NCBI GenBank assembly: GCA_020047715.1 | Contig: JAIFNN010000058.1 | Coordinates: forward strand, 30,975 to 94,974 | Direction: 5' to 3' | Length of the DNA: 64,000 bases | Origin: Bacteroidota bacterium | GTDB lineage: Bacteria > Bacteroidota > Bacteroidia > Bacteroidales > GCA-2748055 | Shown: one piece after another, positions 28,192 to 37,946 of the stretch | Layout: each line of letters begins with the position of its first letter | Numbering within the stretch: the stretch's first letter is position 1 | The notes under the pieces: model-generated | What the model was told of the DNA's origin: nothing | Databases searched by the model: none | What the model saw: only the letters and a program-made list of their open reading frames with translations | Translations under genes and position numbers: made by a program

Positions 28192-29399
28192 TGTTAACAG
28201 GACAAACACCAGGAGCAATTGCTTGGAATAAGTTCAGGAAAAACCCTCTGGCAGTGGCCGGGCTTATTCTCATTATCCTTGTTGTGGCCATTGCAATTTT
28301 AGGCTACAGCATATGTCCCGACCAATCACCCTATGCCAACAATCAACATTTGGAGCTTTCCGGGAAAAAACCGGGCTTTCGGGTAAATGTTCTGAAAGTT
28401 AGAAAAAACGAGATCTTTAAAGAAAGGGGGTTCTTTTATACCATGTTTTATGGACGGAGTGCTGAGTATGAAGAAATATCCTATTTGAATTTCTCGTTTT
28501 CGGAAGGGAAGATTATTCTGAGAGAATTCACAGATATTCCTGAAAATGAAGAGTTTTATAGACATATAAATATTCCGGATGTCCTTTTTCCGCTGGCTCC
28601 GGGTTCCGTAAACAATATCAGGTTTTTTTCCGACAGCCTCAGCTTTTTCTTAATAACCGGCGAGGAAATCAAGGTCCCTGCAGCATCCCTGATTCAGGAA
28701 ATTGAAAGGGAACACCTAACCCAAAGAACCTACTATTTGGGTACCGACAGGTTCGGTCGCGACTTGCTTAGCCGTCTTATTTTAGGAGCAAGGATATCAC
28801 TGATGGTAGGTTTTATTGCAGTAGCGATTTCACTGGTAATAGGCATCAGCATGGGAGCTGTTGCAGGCTATTATCGGGGAAAAATCGATCAGTTTATAAT
28901 GTGGATTATCAATGTTGTATGGTCCGTTCCAACCCTACTTTTGGTGATCGCCCTTACGATGGTAATTGGGAGAGGGTTTTGGCAGGTATTTGTAGCGGTA
29001 GGGGTAACCATGTGGGTTGAAGTTGCCAGGGTTGTCAGAGGGCAGGTTCTCAGCCTCCGGGAAAAGGAATTTATCGAGGCGGCAAAGGTTCTCGGATATA
29101 GCGATTTTAGAATAATCCTGAAGCATATCATCCCCAATATACTTTCCCCGGTTATAATTATCTCAGCGGCAAACTTTGCGTCGGCAATTCTTATCGAAGC
29201 AGGACTGAGCTTTCTGGGCATAGGTGTTCAACCCCCGATTTCCTCATGGGGAGGAATGGTTAAGGATCATTATGGATTTATCCTTGCAGGTAAGGCTTAC
29301 TTGGCTTTTATACCGGGATTTGCAATTATGGTCATGGTCCTTGCCTTTACCATGCTAGGCAATGGGATGAGAGATGCTTTTGATATCAGGAAGGAGTGA
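28191..29399 (+). CDS. ABC importer-type permease (DppC/OppC-like, BPD_transp_1) with a large periplasmic insert
   Basis: EAA loop EAAKVLGYSDFRIILKHIIPN, and GTDRFGRDLLSRL preceding the core. The ATG at 28191 shares its A with the GT2 TGA (TGATG). Confidence 0.8.
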   Translation: MLTGQTPGAIAWNKFRKNPLAVAGLILIILVVAIAILGYSICPDQSPYANNQHLELSGKKPGFRVNVLKVRKNEIFKERGFFYTMFYGRSAEYEEISYLNFSFSEGKIILREFTDIPENEEFYRHINIPDVLFPLAPGSVNNIRFFSDSLSFFLITGEEIKVPAASLIQEIEREHLTQRTYYLGTDRFGRDLLSRLILGARISLMVGFIAVAISLVIGISMGAVAGYYRGKIDQFIMWIINVVWSVPTLLLVIALTMVIGRGFWQVFVAVGVTMWVEVARVVRGQVLSLREKEFIEAAKVLGYSDFRIILKHIIPNILSPVIIISAANFASAILIEAGLSFLGIGVQPPISSWGGMVKDHYGFILAGKAYLAFIPGFAIMVMVLAFTMLGNGMRDAFDIRKE

Positions 29400-29406
29400 G
29401 GGGAGA

Positions 29407-30237
29407 TTAATTGAATCTTCGTTTCTTCAGGATCCACCAGGATGCGAACATCAACAGTCCTATCAGAGCGAGTGTAAGGATGAGATTCTGCCAAATGGGT
29501 AGTCCAATAGGCATAAGGTTTTCCATCTGTTTTATTTCCGCATCCCCTGATTGATTCTGACCCTGCATGTTTTTTTGTATCATTGAAAGGACTTCCGGGC
29601 GGGGTGTGAGATTTGTGACGAATTTCGAGGGGAAATACCAGCGTAAATCCTCATGTACATTAACCCTGATAATGGGCTCAACTATCACGCGATACATTAG
29701 GTAAACCACTCCGGAAAGAATCATGTTCCTGAAAATCAGGGAAAAAAGCAATCCGAAGCTCAGGTAGGTAAATATCTGAACGAAAAGTGCAGCGAGAATC
29801 CAGGAATGGTCAAAAACCAGGTTGAAGGTGATCTTATAACTATAGAACAAGCCTGAGGCAACGCTTGAAACTCCCACGAGAAGAACAACATAAAAAGATA
29901 AAAGCGAGATCAATATTATTTTTTGGAGGAGTAGGTCTGTGCGGCTGAGTCCAAAAATCAACTGCTGCTTGTAGGTTTTATTGTTGAACTCGTTACAGGT
30001 CATCATAATTACCAGCAGCACGAGACTGATGTTGTAAAAACTCGATATCCAGGTCGTGAAGTTCCAAACATGAGGGAACTGGTATAAGGGGAGAATTGTG
30101 ACGAAAGGGATTTTCAGATCAACCCGAGGAAGGAAAAAAATTCCCACAATAAACAGTACCAGGTGCAAACCGATAAGTATCCTGAAGGGGATATAATTCA
30201 AGGTTTTCCGGAGCTCTATTTTCAGAAGTTTAATCAT
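29407..30237 (-). CDS. ABC-2-type exporter permease
   Basis: 6-TM hydrophobic protein immediately downstream of, and 3 nt from, the ABC ATPase gene. Confidence 0.6.
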   Translation of the reverse strand: MIKLLKIELRKTLNYIPFRILIGLHLVLFIVGIFFLPRVDLKIPFVTILPLYQFPHVWNFTTWISSFYNISLVLLVIMMTCNEFNNKTYKQQLIFGLSRTDLLLQKIILISLLSFYVVLLVGVSSVASGLFYSYKITFNLVFDHSWILAALFVQIFTYLSFGLLFSLIFRNMILSGVVYLMYRVIVEPIIRVNVHEDLRWYFPSKFVTNLTPRPEVLSMIQKNMQGQNQSGDAEIKQMENLMPIGLPIWQNLILTLALIGLLMFASWWILKKRRFN

Positions 30238-30240
30238 GGC

Positions 30241-31140
30241 TTATTCTTTAACCAGTTCAAGAAACTGGCTTTCCAGGGTTTTTTGATAGAGAATTATTTC
30301 GCTGAGCACCAGGCCTTTTTCAAATGCAAAACGGTTGAGGTCGGCAGAGTTGCTGCCTTCCTTAAGGCTTACCCTGACAGCAGAATTTTCGGCCCGGAAG
30401 TGGTTAATAAAAGGACAGTCTCCAAGAATCTGCAGTAACAGCTGTGGATTGTCGGCCTTAACCTCAAGCAGGCTTTCTCCTTTGAGCAGGGCTCTGACAT
30501 TGCCTTCTGCCAATAAATGCCCGCTTTTTAGGATGGCCACATCAGTACATACTTTTTCAACCTCGCTGAGTATATGGCTTGCCATGATTATGGTTTTTCC
30601 CTTATCAGCTTGTTGCATTATCAGTTCTCTTACTTCTGCAATTCCCTCCGGATCCAATCCGTTGGTAGGTTCATCAAGCACCAGCACCTCGGGATTACCA
30701 AGCAGAGTAGACGCTATGCCCAAACGCTGTTTCATCCCAAGGGATAAAGTGAAAAAACGTGATTTGCGCCTCTCGAAAAGCTTCACGGTTTTAAGTACGT
30801 CAGGGATATCACCAAAGCCACAGTCTTTAATTTGAGCGATGATTTTCAGATTGTTTTCTAAGCTAAGGTAGGGATAGAAGGACGGCGTTTCGATAAGCGA
30901 ACCAATTCTCCGCCGAACACTTGCGCTCGACTTTTCCCCAAACCAGGAGAAAGATCCCTCGTCCTGCTCCAGAACTCCTGTGAGGATAGAGAGGGTTGTG
31001 GTTTTCCCGCTTCCATTGGGCCCAAGAATACCAAAAACCTGCCCCTGTCTGACCTCAACAGTCAGGTTGGATAATGCTTTTACCGAACCATAGGATTTTG
31101 TGAGATTCTTTATTTGAAGAATTGGGTTAAGAATGGGCAT
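30241..31140 (-). CDS. ABC transporter ATP-binding protein (ABC-2 subfamily)
   Basis: Walker A GPNGSGKTT, signature LSLGMKQRL, Walker B LVLDEPTNGLD. Confidence 0.9.
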   Translation of the reverse strand: MPILNPILQIKNLTKSYGSVKALSNLTVEVRQGQVFGILGPNGSGKTTTLSILTGVLEQDEGSFSWFGEKSSASVRRRIGSLIETPSFYPYLSLENNLKIIAQIKDCGFGDIPDVLKTVKLFERRKSRFFTLSLGMKQRLGIASTLLGNPEVLVLDEPTNGLDPEGIAEVRELIMQQADKGKTIIMASHILSEVEKVCTDVAILKSGHLLAEGNVRALLKGESLLEVKADNPQLLLQILGDCPFINHFRAENSAVRVSLKEGSNSADLNRFAFEKGLVLSEIILYQKTLESQFLELVKE

Positions 31141-31256
31141 AGAATAATCTTAAATTTCGGTCGGAAATATATTTGCAATTGCATTTTTTATGCAAAGGCA
31201 GCAGAAATGGATGTTTTTTCAAAAGCCGAGGCATTTGAAATTACCGCGCTTCAAAA

Positions 31257-33443
31257 TCAATGGCCCATTTCGGTCATAAACTTAATTCTAATCAAGCGGA
31301 TATCCTCTTCAGTATAATGCTCCTCGCCAAGTTCCTTAAGAGCATCGGTAAGCGATTCGGTTTCGGCCTCTTCTCTGAAATAGCTGTAGATTTCTTCCTG
31401 TTTGTCCTCGTCCATTACCTGGCTTATGTAATAGTCAAGATTAAGCTTGGTACCGCTGTTGATGATTGCTTCGATTTCAGTGAGCAACTCGGGCATTTCA
31501 ATGTTTTTGGATTCTGCAATGTCGTCCAGGGCAATTTTGCGGTCAACACTCTGAATAATAAAAACTTTCAGGCCGGATTTATTCACAACCGATTTAACGA
31601 CCATGTCCTGAGGCCGGATGATTTCTTTTTCCTCGACGTAGGTTTGAATAAGCTTAATAAACTCCTTGCCATAGCGTTGAGCTTTTCCCACACCTACGCC
31701 AACACAGTTTTGAAGTTCTTCAATTGTAATTGGGTACTGTATTGACATATCCTCCAGGGAGGGGTCTTGGAAAATTACAAATGGGGGGAGTTTTGACTCT
31801 TTTGCTATTTTTTTTCTCAGGTCCTTCAGGATATTGAAGAGCTCAGTATCCACGCCTCCCCCGCTAACTCCTTCACCAGGTTCAGGATCTGAAGATTCTT
31901 CATAGTCGTGATCCTGCGTTAACATGAACGATTGAGGGTCTTTTAAATAGTCGCGACCGGCATCGCTCAGGTAAAGCAAGCCGTAGTTCTCAATATCCTT
32001 CAGTAGAAATCTGGCAATGAGAGCCTGACGGATGACAGCGTTCCAGAAACGAATGTCTTTATCTTTTCCGATCCCGAAGATTTCAAGCTTGTGATGGCTA
32101 TATGCCTTAACCCCGGAGGTGGCTTTTCCGGCAAGCACATCTGCTATGTGATCGGCCTTGAACTTCTCTTTTACCTCAAGAATTGTCTCGAGCACATTTA
32201 CAACATAATCCTGTCCTTCGAATTCTTCTTTGGGGTTGATGCAGTTATCGCAGTTTTCACAATCGTCTGCCATCACTTCTCCGAAATAGTTGAGAAGCAC
32301 TTTTGGTCTGCAGACAGCCGATTCAGCATAAGCAACTGTTTCCAGCAAGAGTTGCCGGCCGATTTCCTGTTCGGCAACGGGCTTGCCCTGCATAAACTTT
32401 TCCAGCTTCTGAATATCCTTGTAGCGATAGAAAGCGATACATTTTCCTTCTCCTCCGTCTCTGCCTGCTCTGCCGGTTTCCTGATAATAACCCTCGAGAC
32501 TTTTTGGCATATCATAGTGGATGACGAAGCGAACGTCAGGTTTGTCAATCCCCATCCCGAAAGCGATAGTGGCAACAATTACATCCACCTCTTCCATAAG
32601 GAACTTATCCTGATTTTGGGTGCGGGTGGCAGCGTCCATTCCTGCATGGTATGGCAAAGACTTTATGCCGTTTACTTTAAGAGCTTCGGCAAGTTCTTCA
32701 ACTTTCTTTCTGCTTAGGCAATAAATAATACCTGATTTTCCTTTGTTGTTGAGGATAAACTTGATGATTTCCTTTGTGGCATTAATTTTCGGGCGGACCT
32801 CATAATAAAGGTTGTGTCGTCTGAAGGAGGATTTGAAAACATCCGCATTGAGCATATCCAGGTTTTTCTGAATATCATGCTGCACCTTTGGCGTGGCAGT
32901 TGCCGTAAGCGCAATGATTGGCGCGTTTCCTATTTTATTGATAATTGGACGTATCCTGCGGTACTCCGGCCTGAAATCGTGACCCCACTCTGAAATGCAA
33001 TGGGCTTCATCAACAGCGTAGAATGAAATCTTCACACCCTGAAGAAAGTCGATATTCTCTTCTTTGGTAAGCGATTCGGGGGCTACATAAAGCAACTTTG
33101 TGAGTCCGTTGGTAACGTCTTCTTTTACCTTGGCTATTTGAACTTTCGTTAGCGATGAATTCAAGAAATGAGCCACTCCATCGTTGGTGCTGAAACTTCG
33201 CATCGAATCTACCTGATTTTTCATCAATGCAATCAAGGGGGATATAATGATTGCAGTACCTTCCATAATAACGGCTGGTAGCTGATAGCATAATGATTTC
33301 CCTCCTCCTGTGGGCATCAGAACAAATGTGTCATTCCCATTCATTACATTCAGGATGATTTGCTCCTGAGCGTCCTTGAAATTATCAAACCCGAAGTACT
33401 TCTTCAGGTATTCATGCAAACTGATATTTACCTCGTTACCCAT
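31257..33443 (-). CDS. recQ: ATP-dependent DNA helicase RecQ
   Basis: MPTGGGKSLCYQ, DEAHCISEWGHDFRPEY, a Zn-binding CxxC region, and a C-terminal HRDC-like region. 728 aa. Confidence 0.95.
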   Translation of the reverse strand: MGNEVNISLHEYLKKYFGFDNFKDAQEQIILNVMNGNDTFVLMPTGGGKSLCYQLPAVIMEGTAIIISPLIALMKNQVDSMRSFSTNDGVAHFLNSSLTKVQIAKVKEDVTNGLTKLLYVAPESLTKEENIDFLQGVKISFYAVDEAHCISEWGHDFRPEYRRIRPIINKIGNAPIIALTATATPKVQHDIQKNLDMLNADVFKSSFRRHNLYYEVRPKINATKEIIKFILNNKGKSGIIYCLSRKKVEELAEALKVNGIKSLPYHAGMDAATRTQNQDKFLMEEVDVIVATIAFGMGIDKPDVRFVIHYDMPKSLEGYYQETGRAGRDGGEGKCIAFYRYKDIQKLEKFMQGKPVAEQEIGRQLLLETVAYAESAVCRPKVLLNYFGEVMADDCENCDNCINPKEEFEGQDYVVNVLETILEVKEKFKADHIADVLAGKATSGVKAYSHHKLEIFGIGKDKDIRFWNAVIRQALIARFLLKDIENYGLLYLSDAGRDYLKDPQSFMLTQDHDYEESSDPEPGEGVSGGGVDTELFNILKDLRKKIAKESKLPPFVIFQDPSLEDMSIQYPITIEELQNCVGVGVGKAQRYGKEFIKLIQTYVEEKEIIRPQDMVVKSVVNKSGLKVFIIQSVDRKIALDDIAESKNIEMPELLTEIEAIINSGTKLNLDYYISQVMDEDKQEEIYSYFREEAETESLTDALKELGEEHYTEEDIRLIRIKFMTEMGH

Positions 33444-34014
33444 TTAAAAACCCTTATTAAATTTGAAATAACAACATACAACAAAAAAATCAATGAATCG
33501 TCAGATTAACAATACTTTAACAGGTTTTGTAGTTAGGGGAGATCCTAAAGTCTGATCTTAGACTTAAACTTAATGCTTTTTTGTTGAATAAAAAAACTTC
33601 TGTAATAAAAAAACTCGTTTTTTTAACGTCGGGGAAAGTATTTCCAGACTTAGTTTCCTGAAAATGAGTTTGTTTTTTGATAGTCATCTTTACAATACGA
33701 CAAAGTTAGTTTTTTATTACATTTAGTTTAACTTGGACCCCGAAGAAAAATCAATCTAAGTAAATAATCTCCTCCTCCAAGCCGCTCAGGTGGAGCATCA
33801 AAAGAACCAGGTTTGCTTCTTTCATTACTGATGCGAAGCTTCATCTAAGCGACCCAGGGCAAGGTAAACGGAGGGAATTTCCGTTTGAATTGTCATCCTG
33901 TCAAAGTTACGGAAGTTATGTACTTAAAAAAGGCTGTCAAGTCGAAGCTGAAATCACATATATTTTTATTTACTTTGCGCGGGCATAGAACCAAAAGAGT
34001 AAAGCAAAAACATA

Positions 34015-34842
34015 ATGGCAAAAAAGAAAGAGGAGGAGATGTCATTTCTTGACCACCTGGAGGAATTGCGGTGGCGGCTGATACGTTCAGTTGTTGCAAT
34101 TTTTGTGGGAGCCATTGTTGCGTTCGTTTTTAAGGATGTTGTCTTCAGCAGTATAATACTTGCTCCACGAACCCCGACATTCTGGACTAATAGAGTGCTT
34201 TGTGAATTGGGCGGCTATTTGAATACTCCCAGTTTGTGTATCAACACTGTTCCACTCCAAATTATTTCCGTGAAAATGGCCGGACAGTTCAACATGCATA
34301 TCCTAGTAAGTCTCGTTCTTGGACTGATTGTGGCCTTCCCTTATGTTTTTTATGAGTTCTGGAGTTTTATCTCCCCTGCATTGCATACAAAAGAAAGAAA
34401 ACATGCTAATGGAGCCATCTTTTTTAGCTCCGCCTTATTTATTTTGGGCGTGCTGTTTGGCTTTTTCATGATTGTTCCGCTCACCATTCATTTTTTGGGA
34501 ACCTACAACGTCAGTCCCGATGTAACCAACACGATCAATCTGATCTCATACGTTTCAACCATTACATCGGTGGTCTTTGCCTCAGGTGTGGTTTTCGAAC
34601 TGCCTGTAATTATGTTCTTTTTAACCAAAATAGGATTGGTTACCCCTGAATTCCTAAAGAAATACAGAAAGCACTCGATTGTTATTATTATGATTGTGGC
34701 GGCAATCATTACTCCCCCGGATATTTTCAGTCAGATACTTGTGGCAATTCCTTTATTGATTTTGTATGAGGTTAGCATTCTAATATCAATGAGAATTACC
34801 AGGCAGCGAAAGAAAAAAGCTGCGGAAGAAAGCAAGTCCTGA
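34015..34842 (+). CDS. tatC: Twin-arginine translocase subunit TatC
   Basis: MSFLDHLEELRWRLIRS start and a six-TM profile typical of TatC. Confidence 0.9.
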   Translation: MAKKKEEEMSFLDHLEELRWRLIRSVVAIFVGAIVAFVFKDVVFSSIILAPRTPTFWTNRVLCELGGYLNTPSLCINTVPLQIISVKMAGQFNMHILVSLVLGLIVAFPYVFYEFWSFISPALHTKERKHANGAIFFSSALFILGVLFGFFMIVPLTIHFLGTYNVSPDVTNTINLISYVSTITSVVFASGVVFELPVIMFFLTKIGLVTPEFLKKYRKHSIVIIMIVAAIITPPDIFSQILVAIPLLILYEVSILISMRITRQRKKKAAEESKS

Positions 34843-34863
34843 TAAAAACATTAAATTGCCGAA

Positions 34864-35586
34864 ATGAAACTCTATACCAGGAATTTAGTAAAGCGATACC
34901 GCTCAAGAACGGTGGTGAAAGGGGTTTCTATTGAACTTAGCCAGGGTGAGATTGTGGGGCTCCTTGGCCCGAACGGGGCAGGCAAAACAACCTCGTTTTA
35001 TATGATGGTGGGGCTCATTACCCCAAACGACGGAAAAATATTTATTGACGATCAGGATATCACCGAAGAGCCGGTTTACAAAAGGGCGCGAAGGGGAATA
35101 GGATACCTTGCTCAGGAAGCATCCGTTTTCCGAAAGTTAAGTGTTGAAGACAATATCAAGGCGGTGCTCGAGCTCTCCGGAATGTCGAAGCCCGAACAAA
35201 ACGAAAGGCTCGAATCGCTTTTAAATGAATTTGGCCTGAATAAAATCAGAAAGAGTCTGGGTATTCAACTCTCGGGAGGAGAACGAAGACGTACCGAAAT
35301 TGCCAGGGCACTTTCCCTGAACCCTTATTTTATTCTTTTGGACGAGCCTTTTGCCGGTGTAGACCCGATTGCTGTTGAAGATATACAGTCAATTATATCC
35401 CAGCTGAGCAAAAAAAACATCGGGATTCTTATTACCGACCATAACGTTCACGAGACTTTATCAATCACCGACAGGGCATATCTGCTGTTCGAAGGGGAGA
35501 TTTTAAAGGCGGGAACAGCCAAGGAACTGGCTGATGATGAGGAGGTGAGAAGACTTTATTTGGGGAAAAATTTTGAATTGCGATAA
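34864..35586 (+). CDS. lptB: LPS export ABC transporter ATP-binding protein LptB
   Basis: [24 protein letters not shown] and [12 protein letters not shown]. 240 aa. Confidence 0.9.
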   Translation: MKLYTRNLVKRYRSRTVVKGVSIELSQGEIVGLLGPNGAGKTTSFYMMVGLITPNDGKIFIDDQDITEEPVYKRARRGIGYLAQEASVFRKLSVEDNIKAVLELSGMSKPEQNERLESLLNEFGLNKIRKSLGIQLSGGERRRTEIARALSLNPYFILLDEPFAGVDPIAVEDIQSIISQLSKKNIGILITDHNVHETLSITDRAYLLFEGEILKAGTAKELADDEEVRRLYLGKNFELR

Positions 35587-35601
35587 TTGTCAAATTTTGA
35601 G

Positions 35602-35609
35602 TAGCTTTG
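35602..35609 (+). promoter_or_regulatory. Bacteroidota-type -7 box upstream of tRNA-Leu
   Basis: TAGCTTTG lies 17 nt upstream of the mature tRNA 5' end. Confidence 0.45.
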
Positions 35610-35625
35610 CAAAAAAATTTTTACC

Positions 35626-35707
35626 GCGGGTGTGGCGGAATTGGTAGACGCGCCAGACTTAGGATCTGGTACCGCAAGGTGTGGGGGTTCGAGTCCCTTC
35701 ATCCGCA
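35626..35707 (+). tRNA. tRNA-Leu, anticodon UAG (type II, long variable arm)
   Basis: Folded by hand. Acceptor GCGGGTG/CATCCGC, D-arm GCGGAATTGGTAGACGC, anticodon stem CCAGA/TCTGG with loop CTTAGGA, variable arm, T-arm GGGGG-TTCGAGT-CCCTT, discriminator A. CCA is not encoded. Confidence 0.9.
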
Positions 35708-35715
35708 CTTCTTGA

Positions 35716-35765
35716 AACCGCTGATGCTTCCCGTTGCAATAACGGTGGCATCAGGCGGTTTTTAA
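35716..35765 (+). terminator. Intrinsic terminator after tRNA-Leu
   Basis: AACCGCTGATGC ... GCATCAGGCGGTT long stem with one bulge and an inner CCGTT/AACGG hairpin, followed by TTTTT. Confidence 0.65.
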
Positions 35766-35813
35766 GGTTTAATCGGGATGATTACTAATTTATTATTTTC
35801 AAATTGAAGTAGA

Positions 35814-37166
35814 ATGAACATTACAAGTCAAAAGATTGACAACCTGAATGCAGTTGTTACTATCAAAGTCACACCTGAAGATTATCAGGTTAAGGTTGAA
35901 GAAGTATTGAAAGATTATCGGAAAAAAGCCAAAGTAGATGGTTTCCGTCCCGGCATGGTTCCCATGGGCTTGGTAAAAAAACTGTATTATAAGCCCATAC
36001 TTGCTGAGGAGATTAATAAGATCATTTCTGAAAACCTTATGAATTATATCAGGGATGAGAAAATGAAAATTCTCGGCGAACCCCTTCCTCATCAGGATGA
36101 TTCCAAAACGATTGACTTCGAGAAGGATAGTGAGTTTGAATTTTCTTTCGATATCGGGCTTTATGAAGAATTTACCCTAAATATTTCCGAAAAGGATAAA
36201 ATCAAATACTATAATATTAAGGTGGAGGATGATGTAATCAAGGAATACACCGATAATGTAACAAAGCGTTATGGCGATTTTACAGTTGTTGAAGCCGCGG
36301 GAACCGATGAGCTTATCAAGGGCAACCTCTTCCAGGTCGACTCCGAGGGCAAAGCAATCGAAGAAGGCATAAAGGCGGAGAACATCAGCATATCCCTCGA
36401 CATGATGAAGGACGATTCTGTAAAGGCCTTATTCAAAGGGGTAAAAGCAGGGCAAAGTGTTGATTTCGATCTCAGAAAGGCCTATCCCAGCAATGCCGAA
36501 CTAAGCTCACTTCTTAGAATCGACAAGGATTTGGCAGATACCGTTCAGGGCGAATTCCGTATTGATATCGCGGAAATACTCGAATTCAAAAAGCATGAGT
36601 TGAACCAGGAACTGTTTGACAAGCTCTATGGCGAAAACCAGGTTAAATCGGAAGCTGAATTCCGCGAGAAACTGGTTGGGGAACTTAAAACCAATTATGA
36701 ACGCGAATCGAATTACAAGTTCGCTCTCGATGCCAAGGAATATCTCATTGGGAAAGCTAAACCAGCCCTGCCCGTCGATTTTCTCAAACGATGGATTGTT
36801 GAGGCTAATGAGAAAATGACAGCAGAGCAAATTGAAGCGGAGTTTGCTGATTACGAAAAAGAATTCCAGTGGCAGCTTATTAAAGACCAGTTGATTCGTG
36901 AAAACGACATTAAGGTCAGTGAGGAGGAATTACTTGAATATGCAGTTACTCTGGCAAGAAACCAATTCTACCAATATGGCCTGTACAATGTTCCTGAAGA
37001 GCATATTGTGCAATATGCCAAGGAGCAGCTTACCAAGAAGGAAGAGGCTCGCAGGATTTATGAGCAGAAATTTGAGGACAACATCTATAAGCTCATGAAA
37101 GAAAAGGTTAAGTTGGTTATGGAAGAAACAACAGCGGAGAATTTCAAGAAACTTTTTGAGAAATAG
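35814..37166 (+). CDS. tig: Trigger factor
   Basis: 450 aa. N-terminal ribosome-binding region with GFRPGMVPMGLVKK. Gene order tig-clpP-clpX. Confidence 0.9.
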   Translation: MNITSQKIDNLNAVVTIKVTPEDYQVKVEEVLKDYRKKAKVDGFRPGMVPMGLVKKLYYKPILAEEINKIISENLMNYIRDEKMKILGEPLPHQDDSKTIDFEKDSEFEFSFDIGLYEEFTLNISEKDKIKYYNIKVEDDVIKEYTDNVTKRYGDFTVVEAAGTDELIKGNLFQVDSEGKAIEEGIKAENISISLDMMKDDSVKALFKGVKAGQSVDFDLRKAYPSNAELSSLLRIDKDLADTVQGEFRIDIAEILEFKKHELNQELFDKLYGENQVKSEAEFREKLVGELKTNYERESNYKFALDAKEYLIGKAKPALPVDFLKRWIVEANEKMTAEQIEAEFADYEKEFQWQLIKDQLIRENDIKVSEEELLEYAVTLARNQFYQYGLYNVPEEHIVQYAKEQLTKKEEARRIYEQKFEDNIYKLMKEKVKLVMEETTAENFKKLFEK

Positions 37167-37262
37167 TTTTATCGCTGTGGGGTCGATATGCTTAAAGACT
37201 TTTCGCGTCTCCAAAAACATAAATAATTATCGTAAATTTGAGGTTTAAAACAAATCCGCATC

Positions 37263-37946
37263 ATGAATCCAAAAGACGATTTTCGAAGATATGCAACTAA
37301 GCATATAGGTATCAGCAGTCAGAATCTTGACACTTATACCTCGGTGTACAACAGCTATATTTCCCCTACTATCATTGAGGAACGCCAGCTGAACATTGCC
37401 ACAATGGATGTGTTTTCAAGGCTTATGATGGATCGTATCATTTTCCTGGGAACCCCTATTGATGATTATGTTGCAAATATTATACAGGCCCAGCTTTTAT
37501 ACCTGGAGTCGGCTGATCCTTCAAAAGATATCCAGATTTATTTCAATACTCCCGGCGGAGGTGTTCATGCCGGTTTGGGTATTTACGATACCATGCAGTA
37601 TATCGGGTCTGATGTTGCTACCATTTGCACAGGGATGGCAGCCTCAATGGGCGCCGTGTTGCTATGTGCAGGAACTAAAGGGAAACGTTCGGCCCTTCGG
37701 CATTCCCGCGTAATGATTCACCAACCCATGGGCGGTACTCAGGGTCAGGCATCCGATATCGAAATCACTACCCGTGAAATACTTAAACTCAAAAAGGAAC
37801 TTTACCAGATTATTGCAGACCATTCAGGAAACCCGTTCAAACGGGTTGAGAAGGACTCCGACCGTGACTACTGGATGACAGCAGAAGAGGCAAAGGAATA
37901 TGGTATGATCGACGAGGTTCTGGTCAGAAACGTAACGAAAAAGTGA
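37263..37946 (+). CDS. clpP: ATP-dependent Clp protease proteolytic subunit
   Basis: [11 protein letters not shown] (catalytic Ser), MIHQP (His) and DRDYWM (Asp). Confidence 0.95.
   Translation: MNPKDDFRRYATKHIGISSQNLDTYTSVYNSYISPTIIEERQLNIATMDVFSRLMMDRIIFLGTPIDDYVANIIQAQLLYLESADPSKDIQIYFNTPGGGVHAGLGIYDTMQYIGSDVATICTGMAASMGAVLLCAGTKGKRSALRHSRVMIHQPMGGTQGQASDIEITTREILKLKKELYQIIADHSGNPFKRVEKDSDRDYWMTAEEAKEYGMIDEVLVRNVTKK

Noticed and set aside
33444-34014. tmRNA, RNase P RNA, SRP RNA or 6S RNA in the long recQ-tatC spacer
   Set aside because: The hallmark sequences are not present: the tmRNA GGGGCTGA 5' end with a T-arm/ACCA 3' end, the RNase P GAAAGTCCGGGC, and the SRP GGAAGCAGCC-type domain IV. 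The region stays listed as an unexplained finding, not as any of these.
33893-34099. 68-aa minus-strand ORF spanning the tatC start
   Set aside because: It overlaps the well-supported tatC N-terminus on the opposite strand and has no recognisable features.
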